Part shown: one piece after another, positions 45,057 to 55,278 of the stretch
Layout of the letters: each line of letters begins with the position of its first letter
Numbering within the stretch: the first letter of the stretch is position 1
Origin: Escherichia coli
Lineage (GTDB): Bacteria > Pseudomonadota > Gammaproteobacteria > Enterobacterales > Enterobacteriaceae
Reading direction: 5' to 3' (one strand)
Assembly (NCBI RefSeq): GCF_024502345.1
Contig: NZ_JALDNN010000003.1
DNA length: 64,000 nucleotides
Program-made: the position numbers and the translations under genes
Notes under the pieces: model-generated
Seen by the model: only the letters and a program-made list of their open reading frames with translations
Told to the model about the DNA's origin: nothing
Database searches by the model: none

Positions 45057-45725
45057 TCATGAATAGCGCCGACTTCCAATAATATATTGAGCAAGTTTGA
45101 TGTTAAGACATACCATGTTGCTTGATAGTTGGCGCATCATACGGGATTCGCTACGAATTAAATAGGATTCAAGTAGTCCAGAATATTCCCCTGACGTTAC
45201 AACCGTCAACTGGGCAATGTGATTATTTAATTTGCTTACCCCTGCCAGGATATCATCCTCCGTCGCCTCGATATAAACGGGGGAGGCAGCGATAACATAA
45301 TCATCGAAAGGTCTTGCTGCCATCAATGTCTCAATAGATTTCGCCGTCCTTTCTTTCCCGAATGTATTTGTTAATTCCCGCCACCATTGTCGGTGACTGA
45401 ACGGTAAATCATGAAAGGTGGCTTCATAAGCGTCCACGAGGTCACGACTATTCAAAAAACCCAACCCGGCCGAGATCACCCACAACTCCAGGTTCTCAGT
45501 TGTCCGTAATATCTCTTTTGCCGTTGACCAGTGATTACCGGCATAGAGCGACAGGGCCGGTACCGGTGAAGCACTTTGCGACCGTTTAATCGTTGCTGCC
45601 CAGCTGGACATTGCCTCTTCTGGTGTCTGTCCAGACCGGATACTCAGTTCTGGCATGGAGCCGCACTGGCTGTGCTTACCTTTGGTACAGGACGTTATTA
45701 GGTGTGTAATTCGCGACGCCGCCAT
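45057..45725 (-). CDS. hypothetical protein (222 aa)
   Basis: ATG with GAGGG RBS; no motif recognised. Confidence 0.45.
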   Translation of the reverse strand: MAASRITHLITSCTKGKHSQCGSMPELSIRSGQTPEEAMSSWAATIKRSQSASPVPALSLYAGNHWSTAKEILRTTENLELWVISAGLGFLNSRDLVDAYEATFHDLPFSHRQWWRELTNTFGKERTAKSIETLMAARPFDDYVIAASPVYIEATEDDILAGVSKLNNHIAQLTVVTSGEYSGLLESYLIRSESRMMRQLSSNMVCLNIKLAQYIIGSRRYS

Positions 45726-45933
45726 TTTGTAGCCCTCAGCCAAATGTGTGTAATCACTGTCTAACTATCGTAACAGCCCCTCATCCGCCATAACGACAAA
45801 GAGGAAGCCCTAAACGTAAACGACTACCCCATTATACATTTAGTCATGCCTTTACTAATAACTAGATACCAAAGTAAACACCCCAGAGGTGACACCGTCA
45901 CGTTTTTCGGCTTTATTTAGTTCATTTTATGTA

Positions 45934-45965
45934 CTATGGGATTTAATTATGGGTAAATCCCATAG
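45934..45965. promoter_or_regulatory. Palindromic candidate operator in a 420-bp divergent intergenic region
   Basis: CTATGGGATTT-n10-AAATCCCATAG perfect 11-bp inverted repeat. Confidence 0.3.
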
Positions 45966-46233
45966 ATTTACACCTCTACTCAAAAGAGCCTAATAGAAAC
46001 TAAATCCTTATATATCAATAACTTGAATTCGCCATCACGCACCCATAGAGAGCACCCGTCTTTTGTCGGGCCGTAGGGTTGTTGGCCCCATAGTAACTGC
46101 ATGCTAATCTCTTTCATGCTTAGTCACTAGTAAAGGCTTTACTAATTGCGATGCTACGTGAATATTATTGACGGAGGAGGGGGTTGGGGCAGTGAAAATC
46201 TCTCAGCCAAAACAGTGGGAAAAGGATCGTGAA

Positions 46234-47046
46234 ATGAGCATGAATTATCAGCCGGAACTGAAGTTGAGTACCCGCACCGAACAACTCGCCAGTAGTCGTG
46301 ATGCCGCTATGCAAAAATTTCTGGACGGTATTATGCTGATTGCCGAAGCCTCAGCTATTTGCGGGTTTTCACTATTTAACAGCAAAATTATGGCCCCTAA
46401 TGCTTTTGGCCTTCCTGCGTCCCTGGCCGCAAGCATCGAGGAAGGGCGACAGCAAATAGACCGTAAGACATGGAACAATCTTTTTGAAGAAACGGGTATT
46501 GACCGATTCTGGAATCACAACCAGCGAGCGGAGTTCAGTGAGTCTCTCCGGTCCGCTCCGCCAATTGCGTCGTTAACCGTAATCCGTAGCACATTGCGCC
46601 AGGCAGTGGCCATTCGGAGCATCACGCTTGCTCAAGGGTTTGTTGATCTGCTATGCCAGCTTGATCGCCGGTATAAAACTAATGCCCAGCAATTTGTGAT
46701 GCCAAAAAAACTGGTACTACGTGGCATTTTTCCCGACTCGAACATGATGAGATATAACGGCTTTTCTCAGGATAATCTCTTCTATTTGAACGACTTTGAG
46801 AATATCGTTTGCATCTGCTCCAACGCAGCGACACCTCCTGTCGGCAGTGGATTGAATATGTACGACCGGCTTGCTGCCTTAAGGAAAACCGATTTTACTG
46901 GTGACATTACCGACCCGAAGGGCTGGAAGTGCCGATTGTTCGTAAATGGTAATGTCCATATTTCAGTTGAGTGTGAAAGCCTGCATAACACACTGAATGA
47001 CCTGATTAGCATTTATTTTGCCAACCAGATCCCGGCCAAAGGATAA
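46234..47046 (+). CDS. hypothetical protein (about 270 aa; alternative upstream starts to 46168)
   Basis: AAAGGA RBS 8 nt before ATG; stop 2 nt before the next gene start. Confidence 0.45.
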   Translation: MSMNYQPELKLSTRTEQLASSRDAAMQKFLDGIMLIAEASAICGFSLFNSKIMAPNAFGLPASLAASIEEGRQQIDRKTWNNLFEETGIDRFWNHNQRAEFSESLRSAPPIASLTVIRSTLRQAVAIRSITLAQGFVDLLCQLDRRYKTNAQQFVMPKKLVLRGIFPDSNMMRYNGFSQDNLFYLNDFENIVCICSNAATPPVGSGLNMYDRLAALRKTDFTGDITDPKGWKCRLFVNGNVHISVECESLHNTLNDLISIYFANQIPAKG

Positions 47047-47048
47047 GA

Positions 47049-48269
47049 ATGATGACTGACAATGAAAATTTGATGAACGGGGATGAACAGACAGCGTCCA
47101 ATTTAAGTGAAGAGACAACAAAAAAGCGCCCTCTCAGCCCCGAACTACTGAAGAATTCTCCTTATTCATCAATAGCTAAGGTTAAATATTTCACCGAAAT
47201 TGAACAAATCTGCCTCGATAAGGGCATCAGCACCGAAAACCTCGATCAGTTTTTCAAAGCCCACTGGCTGCGGGATAAAATGGGGGGGTCTTTTGCCCGC
47301 GCTCAGGAGATGCTGGCTGCCTACAAGCAATACGTGGACGAGGTGCCCGAGGAAGCGCGTGCGATTGAAATCCCTGACCAGATTAAAGAAGCATTTAGTG
47401 ATTTTACTGCGTTTATCATCTGGTACTTCCGCTTAAGCTATACGGCTATCCAGAGTGATAGCGTGAAAATTGCGAAGGCAGAAATTACTCAGTTAAGACA
47501 TCGGAATGCTGAAATTCTGGAAGAACTGTCACAGTCGAAAGAACAGGTTACAGTACTGAATAACGAAAAAGTTAACCTGATTAACCAGCTGGAACAACAG
47601 CGTGAACTCGCCAGTAAATTGGGGGATTCACTTCGGGAAGCAGAAGAAGCGCTGGCTACAACCCAAAGTGAATTACAGCATGCCCAAAACGAGATTCAGC
47701 TTATACAGCAGACAGTAGGGACACTGAACCAACAACTGAGTGAGCGCAAGCAGGAACTGGCCTCCCAGCAGGAGTACCAGAAGCAACTGAATGATGAGAA
47801 TAAAGAGCAGCAGGTAGAGCTGACAGCCCTCAAAAGCCAGAATGAACACTTACAACGGACCGTATCTGATTTAAAGGTCAGTGTCAGTCAGCTTGAACAG
47901 GACCTTTCCTCAGCACAAACCCATTCCTCTGAATTGAGCTCATCTTTAGCCGAAAAGGACACGGCCCTGACGCTCGTGCGGTCGGAGCTGTCAACAGCTA
48001 AAGGGGAGAATGAACAACTTCGAGCTGAAGCACAACGCTTAGGTGATGAGAGCCTGCTTGCCAAAAAGGTGCAAACAGCTCAGACAGAAGAACTTCGGAA
48101 GCTCCAGAATCAGATGATATCCATGGAAGCGACACTCAATGCGGAAAAGACCATTTCAGAGTCTTTACGAGGAACAATCAAGCAGCTTACCGAAGCTATG
48201 ACCGGCGCAGTTGCCATCAAACCTAAATCCTCTGGGGCATCAAAACCGCGAAACAAAAAGACGACATAA
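47049..48269 (+). CDS. Coiled-coil protein with KfrA-like N-terminal putative DNA-binding region
   Basis: N-terminal about 100 aa then about 250 aa of Q/E/L-rich heptad-like sequence (...LREAEEALATTQSELQHAQNEIQLIQQTVGTLNQQLSERKQELASQQ...). Confidence 0.4.
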   Translation: MMTDNENLMNGDEQTASNLSEETTKKRPLSPELLKNSPYSSIAKVKYFTEIEQICLDKGISTENLDQFFKAHWLRDKMGGSFARAQEMLAAYKQYVDEVPEEARAIEIPDQIKEAFSDFTAFIIWYFRLSYTAIQSDSVKIAKAEITQLRHRNAEILEELSQSKEQVTVLNNEKVNLINQLEQQRELASKLGDSLREAEEALATTQSELQHAQNEIQLIQQTVGTLNQQLSERKQELASQQEYQKQLNDENKEQQVELTALKSQNEHLQRTVSDLKVSVSQLEQDLSSAQTHSSELSSSLAEKDTALTLVRSELSTAKGENEQLRAEAQRLGDESLLAKKVQTAQTEELRKLQNQMISMEATLNAEKTISESLRGTIKQLTEAMTGAVAIKPKSSGASKPRNKKTT

Positions 48270-48540
48270 CTGCTCCCGCCAGGAATTTGCAATAGACTTA
48301 AATTCCTGGCGTCCACAGGCTCTTTATCCCGTTCGCAGGAGTTTACGTCCTTCCGACAGCATTAGGCTGATTTTCCCCGAATCACTGATCTCAATAGCAT
48401 CAACCAGGCTAGTGATCCCGCCAACAGCTTGCTGTTGTGAAATAGCTCCCAGTTTGTAGTCATCGAGTACTGCCGCCAAAAACGCCTTCAGTTTAACCTG
48501 CTCACTCATCGAAAGTATGTACGCCATTTTTAGCCCCATT

Positions 48541-49860
48541 TTAAGGTTGTGATTCGGGTGAATTGTATCGTCTAGCTTCCGGGAAATGAGGGAGTTCCTG
48601 GTATTCAGTCTTCTCCGTAGCATCCCAGTGCCACCATCCATAGGCCCCATATTCCTGGTTGTAATACGCCTTCTTAAGTTCCTTTCGCGCAAGATAGGCA
48701 GGTGTCGACATCCCGAAAACTTCCATCGGGAACGGCTTATCACTTCGTGTATCCAGTAAATAAAAATCTGGGAAAACATCGCTCACACTGGCGTCATACC
48801 GCATAGGCTTAACATAGTGCCGGTGTTCGGCATCAAGTTTACGGGACACTATCGCTTCGTAGGAGGAGTCCAGAGGTATCCAGTTATCACTCACCAGCAT
48901 AAGCACTATCTGATGAGCTCGTGCAGAGATACCTCTACTGGTCACCGATACGGGAGATGTAAGAGCAAAAACAACAACTTTGCCCCCATTTTTCCAGGCG
49001 GCATATTCCAGAGGGAATCGCCGCTTCACGCTATCCCAGTGCCCGTCTGAGTTAAAGAAGGTAAGGGGCATACCGCCGAAGTTACGCATAGGTAGAAACT
49101 TCAGCGGCTTCTCATGCTTTTCTGCGTCATAGCGCGGCAGTACTGATAGCAGCAGCAGTCGTTTGTCGCTCAGTTCCGCCGACGACAGCAGTTGAACCTG
49201 CTCACTGGCCACTTTGCTTTTAGAGTCCGCCACCCCGATAAAAAGATGGTCGCCAATACATGCTCTACCCGATCTAATCTGCTTTGCGGCTTCCAACATC
49301 CGGTATCGAACCAGCGAATCATTTCGCTTCCCGGCCATATTCGGATACCAGACATTAAGACCGGCTTCAGTCCACAACAGACTCAGAAGTCCGGACAGGG
49401 TCATTGAAGCCTGGCCACCTTCAGGTCGCTGGATTTGGGGCAGGGAAGGAACCTCAGACTTTTCCGGCGGATCTTTCTCCGTCATGCCTATTCCAAGGCG
49501 GATTGACATGGTCCCCTCATTGTTGATGCGTACAACATTGCTGGCATAACCCTTTAACCCTGTATGCCTGGCATCAAGGTCGAAAAACACACACGATGGA
49601 TCATGCTCAGTGCCGGTATTTGCAGCCTTAATCAGGATGAACGTATCACTGTTTGGTAGTGAGCGGACGTAGAGACGCTTTGCGCCTTTTCCCCGACATC
49701 CGCAGCTGATCACAGATTTCTGCCCGGACGTGTGGTGTGCTTTCTTCAGGGCCGACTGCCATCCCTTTACATACTCATCCTGTGTCTGAAATTCAGCCGA
49801 GTATCGTTTCGTGTTTGGTTCGTCATCGTAAGCAATAAAAACTGCAAACTTCTGGCCCAT
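48541..49860 (-). CDS. hypothetical protein (439 aa), last gene of the Dcm-like methyltransferase operon
   Basis: AGGAGG RBS; Cys/His cluster near the N-terminus (SCGCRGKG...HDPSC) and a possible D-x9-D-x-K segment (IGDHLFIGVADSKSK). Confidence 0.5.
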   Translation of the reverse strand: MGQKFAVFIAYDDEPNTKRYSAEFQTQDEYVKGWQSALKKAHHTSGQKSVISCGCRGKGAKRLYVRSLPNSDTFILIKAANTGTEHDPSCVFFDLDARHTGLKGYASNVVRINNEGTMSIRLGIGMTEKDPPEKSEVPSLPQIQRPEGGQASMTLSGLLSLLWTEAGLNVWYPNMAGKRNDSLVRYRMLEAAKQIRSGRACIGDHLFIGVADSKSKVASEQVQLLSSAELSDKRLLLLSVLPRYDAEKHEKPLKFLPMRNFGGMPLTFFNSDGHWDSVKRRFPLEYAAWKNGGKVVVFALTSPVSVTSRGISARAHQIVLMLVSDNWIPLDSSYEAIVSRKLDAEHRHYVKPMRYDASVSDVFPDFYLLDTRSDKPFPMEVFGMSTPAYLARKELKKAYYNQEYGAYGWWHWDATEKTEYQELPHFPEARRYNSPESQP

Positions 49861-49884
49861 GGGACCTCCTGAAATTTAAAAATA

Positions 49885-50052
49885 CTAATAGCCTAGCCAT
49901 ATCAATACTTCTTGCGCGTTGTACTCTTCCCTCTCACCCAACTCGGAAAAAAATACGTCTATGTCGCTGGCTACGACGCAATGTTTTGCAAGCTCTTGCA
50001 GAGCTCTCTGTTTTGAAATGGTGAGGTCTTCTGCTGAATCAAAATACGTCAT
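49885..50052 (-). CDS. small hypothetical protein (55 aa) between the methyltransferase and the 439-aa gene
   Basis: Not in the supplied ORF track (under 60 aa); GGAGG RBS 5 nt upstream of ATG; translation MTYFDSAEDLTISKQRALQELAKHCVVASDIDVFFSELGEREEYNAQEVLIWLGY. Confidence 0.35.
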   Translation of the reverse strand: MTYFDSAEDLTISKQRALQELAKHCVVASDIDVFFSELGEREEYNAQEVLIWLGY

Positions 50053-50183
50053 CATTACCTCCTGATGAAGGAGTTGACTGAAGCAGGCCTTTCTCTCCCT
50101 GCCCAGGTTTTTTTCTGTGCAAAAGTTACAATATTAGTGAAATAAACCATTACGTTAACCTGCAAAATCACACAGAAGAATTA

Positions 50184-51611
50184 CTATGATGCCGCTTCAA
50201 ATTCTCCCTTGAGACGAGCCGCAACGGCGATCTCAATACGGCTTCGAAGCAAACTGGCCACGGCCGCAAATACGTCGACGATGACCGAATTGCCGAACTG
50301 GCGATAGGCCTGGGTATCAGAGACTGGAATGCGAAAAGTAACTTTTCCCGGTTGCTCGAATCCCATAAGGCGGGCACATTCTCGCGGGGTTAAACGGCGC
50401 GGGCGCCTTGCCATATTTACAGGATCATTAAAGTCCTTTTCGCCTATGCTGTGATCCCATCCACGGTCTAGCAAAATTTCAGAGCCATCACGATAGTACC
50501 GTGCGCTGAGTGTTCTGCAAACAACTGATTTATCAAGTGGATTTACCAGTCCGAAGCCAAATCCATTACCTTTTGCCTGGTGCTTTTTAGCGTAGTTATA
50601 AAGGTACTCCCAGAGCTTTGGAGAAAGGATGTAACGGCTATCGACCTCAGCGTCCAGCAGCTCCCCAAGGGTTGGCCGTCGTGAAGGATAAAGAGCCGAT
50701 ACACCACTTAACGAAAAGCCATCATGGAGCTTCAGATCGCGCCTGAATCCAACCAACACGATACGTTCCCGGTGCTGAGGCCTGAAGTTCTTACCGTCAA
50801 TTATTTTGGGGTCCTTTGATCCGTGAGCATCGCAGTCGGCAACATCGTAGCCAAGTTCATCAAGCGCTTTCATGATGATGCGGAACGTATTTCCCTTATC
50901 GTGGCTCTTCAGATTTTTTACGTTCTCAAGAACGAAAATGGCAGGCTGTTTGGCTCGGATGATCCGGGCGACATCAAAAAAAAGGGTCCCCTGGGTGTCG
51001 CATTCAAAGCCGTGTTTTCGGCCCAAAGAGTTCTTTTTGCTGACACCGGCAATACTGAACGGCTGGCATGGGAAACCGGCGAGCAAAACATCATGGTCAG
51101 GAATGGATGCAGCGATAGAAGCATACGCCTGGTCTTCCGACACATCGGGAAGATTGCTGAGTGTAATGTCCCGGATATCTGAGTTGAAATGGTGCTCGGT
51201 GTCTTCGCAGTACCAGTTTGCACTGTATGTCCGGCGGGAGAACTGATTCCATTCGCTTGTAAACACGCATTTCCCGCCAATGGCGTCAAAACCACTCCGG
51301 AGGCCACCGATCCCAGCAAACAAGTCAATAAAACGGAAAAATTTCTGGTCATAGTCTGCTGGGCGTGAGGGGAGCAACGATCGAAGATAATGATATTCTT
51401 CCTGGGTTATTCGACATTCATTAACTGAACCTTTGATCTGGCGAATAAGTGATGCCCTCGACCAGTCGCTGCCGGTTGCAGCATTAAGTTGCGCAGCCAA
51501 ATCTTTTACGTCATAGATACTTGCAACCTGAACCAGTAATTTATGGATAGAGGAATGTGTCTCATCATTTAGCAATGCAGTTATTGCAGGCTCATTTCTC
51601 GCGCTGTACAT
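50184..51611 (-). CDS. dcm: DNA (cytosine-5) methyltransferase, Dcm/M.EcoRII-like
   Basis: Motif [16 protein letters not shown], motif [13 protein letters not shown], motif VI ENVKNL, motif X QFGNSV; full-length collinearity with Dcm (475 aa); GGAG RBS. Confidence 0.9.
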   Translation of the reverse strand: MYSARNEPAITALLNDETHSSIHKLLVQVASIYDVKDLAAQLNAATGSDWSRASLIRQIKGSVNECRITQEEYHYLRSLLPSRPADYDQKFFRFIDLFAGIGGLRSGFDAIGGKCVFTSEWNQFSRRTYSANWYCEDTEHHFNSDIRDITLSNLPDVSEDQAYASIAASIPDHDVLLAGFPCQPFSIAGVSKKNSLGRKHGFECDTQGTLFFDVARIIRAKQPAIFVLENVKNLKSHDKGNTFRIIMKALDELGYDVADCDAHGSKDPKIIDGKNFRPQHRERIVLVGFRRDLKLHDGFSLSGVSALYPSRRPTLGELLDAEVDSRYILSPKLWEYLYNYAKKHQAKGNGFGFGLVNPLDKSVVCRTLSARYYRDGSEILLDRGWDHSIGEKDFNDPVNMARRPRRLTPRECARLMGFEQPGKVTFRIPVSDTQAYRQFGNSVIVDVFAAVASLLRSRIEIAVAARLKGEFEAAS

Positions 51612-51833
51612 CCTTACTCCGTGAAATGTGATTAATTTAGGTTCTCAGACTACCACGCGCAGAAAATTCAATTTTTCTTTAAAGCCCTTTATTTTCATCT
51701 CCTGAAATAAATTTTTTATCCACTTAAATTGCCTCCGTTAACGGAAATTTGCCCGGGTTCTAATTGGTACAATAAGCACTTCTAATCACACGACTAATTT
51801 GTTACTACAAACCATCTAATTCAGGGAGAATGT

Positions 51834-52349
51834 ATGACTCTGTTGAAAAAGTTACTTTTGCCGACATTAATTGTCCTTTTCCCGGCGGCAGTTCTGGCTG
51901 GTCAGTCTTCATTTGAAGCAAAAGTGGTAAAAATTATCGATGGGGACACCATTACCGCGCTCGACGGTCAGAATACAAGCATCAAAATCCGTATGTACGG
52001 TATTGATGCCCCCGAAAGTAAGCAGGCCTTTGGACAAAAGGCTAAACAAGCGTTGAGCTCCGCGATTGCTGCACAGAATATTACGGTAATAGACCACGGA
52101 CCTGATATTTACGGCAGGATGTTGGGGACTATTTGGCTTGATGGTTATGACATCAACGCTTCAATGGTAGACAGTGGTTATGCATGGGTATATCGGTTTG
52201 ACGGTAATCCCATCGTCCCAAACTATCTTAAATTCGAAGCTTCAGCTCAGAAAGCCGTTAAAGGTCTCTGGGTAGATCCTAATCCCGTTGCTCCTTGGGA
52301 GTGGCGCCAGCAAAACCAGAAACCTCAAAAGACGAAAAGCAGGGGGTGA
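51834..52349 (+). CDS. Secreted thermonuclease (staphylococcal-nuclease/SNase fold)
   Basis: Signal peptide MTLLKKLLLPTLIVLFPAAVLAG; SNase-like core (VVKIIDGDTI...IRMYGIDAPE...). Confidence 0.7.
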   Translation: MTLLKKLLLPTLIVLFPAAVLAGQSSFEAKVVKIIDGDTITALDGQNTSIKIRMYGIDAPESKQAFGQKAKQALSSAIAAQNITVIDHGPDIYGRMLGTIWLDGYDINASMVDSGYAWVYRFDGNPIVPNYLKFEASAQKAVKGLWVDPNPVAPWEWRQQNQKPQKTKSRG

Positions 52350-52354
52350 GCGCG

Positions 52355-53287
52355 ATGACAAGCCAGCATCCTTTACTGAAAATTGCACTTAATGGCGATG
52401 GACTTCTTTCGTGGCCAAATTCACCCGGACAGACTATGCGCTGCCCAACGTGTATGCGAGATGTTATTACGGGTCCGGATGGTGATTTAATACATCAAAT
52501 GGAAGAGGGCGCTAACCCCTGCACGCCATCTGTTGATGTTGTCATTTCAAAGGCGATCATTGAACTACTCAGCACGGGTGAGCGCCTCTATGTCAACCCA
52601 GTTAAGAACGCGAATAGAACACTGGCCCCATCGTTTATCTTTCTGCATAAAGACAAGCAACTTCGACCATTCATAAATACGGAATATCAACCAGCAGGTG
52701 CCACCTGGAGAAGTGATAAAGGGAACAGGCTTGGTTTTTTCTATATGGATGCGCGAGCGTCTAAAATTAATAAGGACCAGTTCGATTTTATTGCTGTAAT
52801 AGACCCATCTACTTTTCAAGCAGAATTTAAGACCTTATGGTCCATGTGTGAATTCGATAACCCCCTTGCCGCGTTACAGCACTTATTGGTTTCAGAGAAT
52901 ATGTCTTCAGTCTGGGTGAAATGGCCTGTTAAAAGCCTACAACCGAGGAAAGAAGCAGTGAAGGCCGATTACTGGTATGACTATTATTCACCTCACTACC
53001 CAGCGCAGCAGGCAGCTTGCACAGCAACAGTGATTGGACTGGAAGGAAATGTATCCGGGGAAACTATTTACATGCTCCAGATCGCTGTAGACCGGTCGAT
53101 AGTTGAGTACCAGCTTGTAAAATCGCTAGGGGTTATATTGCTATTGGATAATACGGGAAATTTGGTATCGGAGACGCGCCCACACTTTGATATAATCATC
53201 AAAGCTTGCATCTCGGGTGTCAGAGACTTTGTACGTCAAAATCCTCGAATGCGAAGTGTGGAGCATCAGATTACCAGTGCAATATGA
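52355..53287 (+). CDS. hypothetical protein (310 aa)
   Basis: Starts 6 nt after the nuclease stop; no motif recognised. Confidence 0.45.
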   Translation: MTSQHPLLKIALNGDGLLSWPNSPGQTMRCPTCMRDVITGPDGDLIHQMEEGANPCTPSVDVVISKAIIELLSTGERLYVNPVKNANRTLAPSFIFLHKDKQLRPFINTEYQPAGATWRSDKGNRLGFFYMDARASKINKDQFDFIAVIDPSTFQAEFKTLWSMCEFDNPLAALQHLLVSENMSSVWVKWPVKSLQPRKEAVKADYWYDYYSPHYPAQQAACTATVIGLEGNVSGETIYMLQIAVDRSIVEYQLVKSLGVILLLDNTGNLVSETRPHFDIIIKACISGVRDFVRQNPRMRSVEHQITSAI

Positions 53288-53380
53288 GGAAATGGATCAG
53301 CGACTAAATCTGTTGCTCGCCGTAAATACAAGTGCGCACCATAAAATAAAAACACTTTATAAATCAATGACTTTGTCAAA

Positions 53381-53403
53381 GCTAAGTAGAGATGTCCGGG
53401 GTG
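53381..53403 (+). repeat. Left copy of a 23-bp imperfect inverted repeat
   Basis: GCTAAGTAGAGATGTCCGGGGTG matches the reverse complement of 60508-60530 at 20/23 positions; second ATGTCC motif 23 bp inward. Confidence 0.45.
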
Positions 53404-53781
53404 GGGCAAAGTTCAAATGTCCTTTGATAATATTGAATTCCTGGATAAAAATCGCATCTTAACCTCTTCGTTTGAGTACCTTGTTGGGTTGACCCCGTAT
53501 TCGCTTTATTTGTAGTATTGGGCTGCTTTGAAGTGTTTCATGTTCAAACGCGACGTGTTCTGTAAGTTCTTCCTGACAACAGAGCCGACAATATATACAC
53601 ATCCGCTATGGAGAATCTGACAACCGCTATGCGTATTACGCCACCCTGAGTTTTTCCTTCCTCTGTCGTACTGAGCAAGCCTCAGCACGCACTCAATAAC
53701 ATCCCGTCTGCGGATGTGCTTTACCGTACGTAAAAATGTAGCCCTCCAGGGCTGACTGTATCTAAAAACTGAGAAATTACT

Positions 53782-55260
53782 ATGTTGCTGTCCTCGACGC
53801 GTAAGGACTGGCTGGGTAACGTCCGTGGTGACGTTCTGGCCGGTATTGTTGTCGCGCTCGCACTCATTCCAGAAGCGATCGCCTTTTCCATTATCGCCGG
53901 TGTTGATCCCCAGGTGGGCCTCTACTCGGCGTTCTGTATTCCTCTCGTTATGGCCTTCTTTGGCGGACGTCCGGCGATGATTTCGTCCTCCACCGGTGCA
54001 ATGGCTCTCCTGATGGTGACGCTGGTGAAAGATCATGGCTTACAGTATTTACTGGCTGCCTCCATACTGACCGGGGTATTCCAGCTGATAGCCGGATATC
54101 TGAAGCTTGGCGGGCTGATGCGTTTTGTTTCACGCTCAGTGGTCACGGGGTTTGTTAATGCACTGGCAATACTGATTTTTATGGCCCAGTTGCCTGAGCT
54201 GACCAATGTGACATGGCATGTTTATGCCATGACTGCGGCAGGGCTGGGGATCATCTATCTCTTCCCTTATATCAACAAAACCATTCCTTCACCGCTTGTG
54301 TGCATCGTGGTGCTGACTGGGATTGCCATGTGGCTGCATCTGGATGTGCGAACCGTCGGGGATATGGGGAAACTTCCCGACAGTCTGCCGGTCTTCCTGC
54401 TCCCGGACGTGCCTTTAAATCTTCAGACGCTGCTCATCATCCTGCCATATTCTGCGGGGCTTGCGGTGGTTGGCCTGCTTGAGTCGATGATGACCGCCAC
54501 TATCGTGGATGACATGACCGACACGCCAAGCGACAAAAACAGGGAGTGCAAAGCTCAGGGCATCGCGAACATCTGCACATCCTTTATCGGAGGAATGGCA
54601 GGCTGCGCGATGATTGGGCAATCTGTTATCAACGTAAAATCCGGTGGACGCGGACGACTTTCAACCCTCACGGCGGGCGTGGTGCTGCTTTGCCTGATTG
54701 TGTTCCTGCGCAACTGGGTCTCCCAAATTCCGATGGCAGCGCTGGTCGCGGTGATGATTATGGTTTCCATCGGGACATTCTCCTGGCGCTCCATTGCCAA
54801 CCTGCGGACACACCCCCTTTCAACCAGCGTGGTCATGCTTGCCACCGTAGCGGTTGTGGTGGCAACACATAATCTGGCCTTCGGTGTGCTGACCGGTGTA
54901 CTGATTGCTTCGCTCAATTTTGCCACTAAAGTATCCCGGTTCATGCGTGTAACCTCAGTTCTGGAGGGGACGAGCCGGACGTATACCGTCACCGGCCAGG
55001 TATTCTTTGCATCAGCAGACCGCTTTACGAGCCACTTTGATTTCCGTGAAGCGATTGAGAATGTGGTGATAGACGTTTCACATGCCCATTTCTGGGACAT
55101 CACGTCCGTCAGCGCCCTGGATAAGGTGGTCATTAAGTTCCGCAGAGAGGGCGCCGGGGTTGAAATACGTGGGATGAATGAAGCCACCCGCACCATCGTT
55201 GACCGGTTTGGTGTTCACGATAAACCTGAAGAAGTCGAAAAACTGATGGGCGGTCATTAA
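53782..55260 (+). CDS. SulP-family anion transporter with C-terminal STAS domain
   Basis: 492 aa, polytopic N-terminal domain and C-terminal STAS-like region. Confidence 0.8.
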   Translation: MLLSSTRKDWLGNVRGDVLAGIVVALALIPEAIAFSIIAGVDPQVGLYSAFCIPLVMAFFGGRPAMISSSTGAMALLMVTLVKDHGLQYLLAASILTGVFQLIAGYLKLGGLMRFVSRSVVTGFVNALAILIFMAQLPELTNVTWHVYAMTAAGLGIIYLFPYINKTIPSPLVCIVVLTGIAMWLHLDVRTVGDMGKLPDSLPVFLLPDVPLNLQTLLIILPYSAGLAVVGLLESMMTATIVDDMTDTPSDKNRECKAQGIANICTSFIGGMAGCAMIGQSVINVKSGGRGRLSTLTAGVVLLCLIVFLRNWVSQIPMAALVAVMIMVSIGTFSWRSIANLRTHPLSTSVVMLATVAVVVATHNLAFGVLTGVLIASLNFATKVSRFMRVTSVLEGTSRTYTVTGQVFFASADRFTSHFDFREAIENVVIDVSHAHFWDITSVSALDKVVIKFRREGAGVEIRGMNEATRTIVDRFGVHDKPEEVEKLMGGH

Positions 55261-55278
55261 CAGACTGGAGGGAAAACT

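Noticed and set aside
50168-50377. 69-aa ORF at the dcm 3' end, considered as a possible vsr
   Set aside because: Overlaps dcm in another frame, is far shorter than Vsr (about 156 aa) and its translation lacks Vsr-like features.
53506-54036. 176-aa minus-strand ORF
   Set aside because: Overlaps the SulP transporter start antisense; His/Arg-rich translation without motifs.
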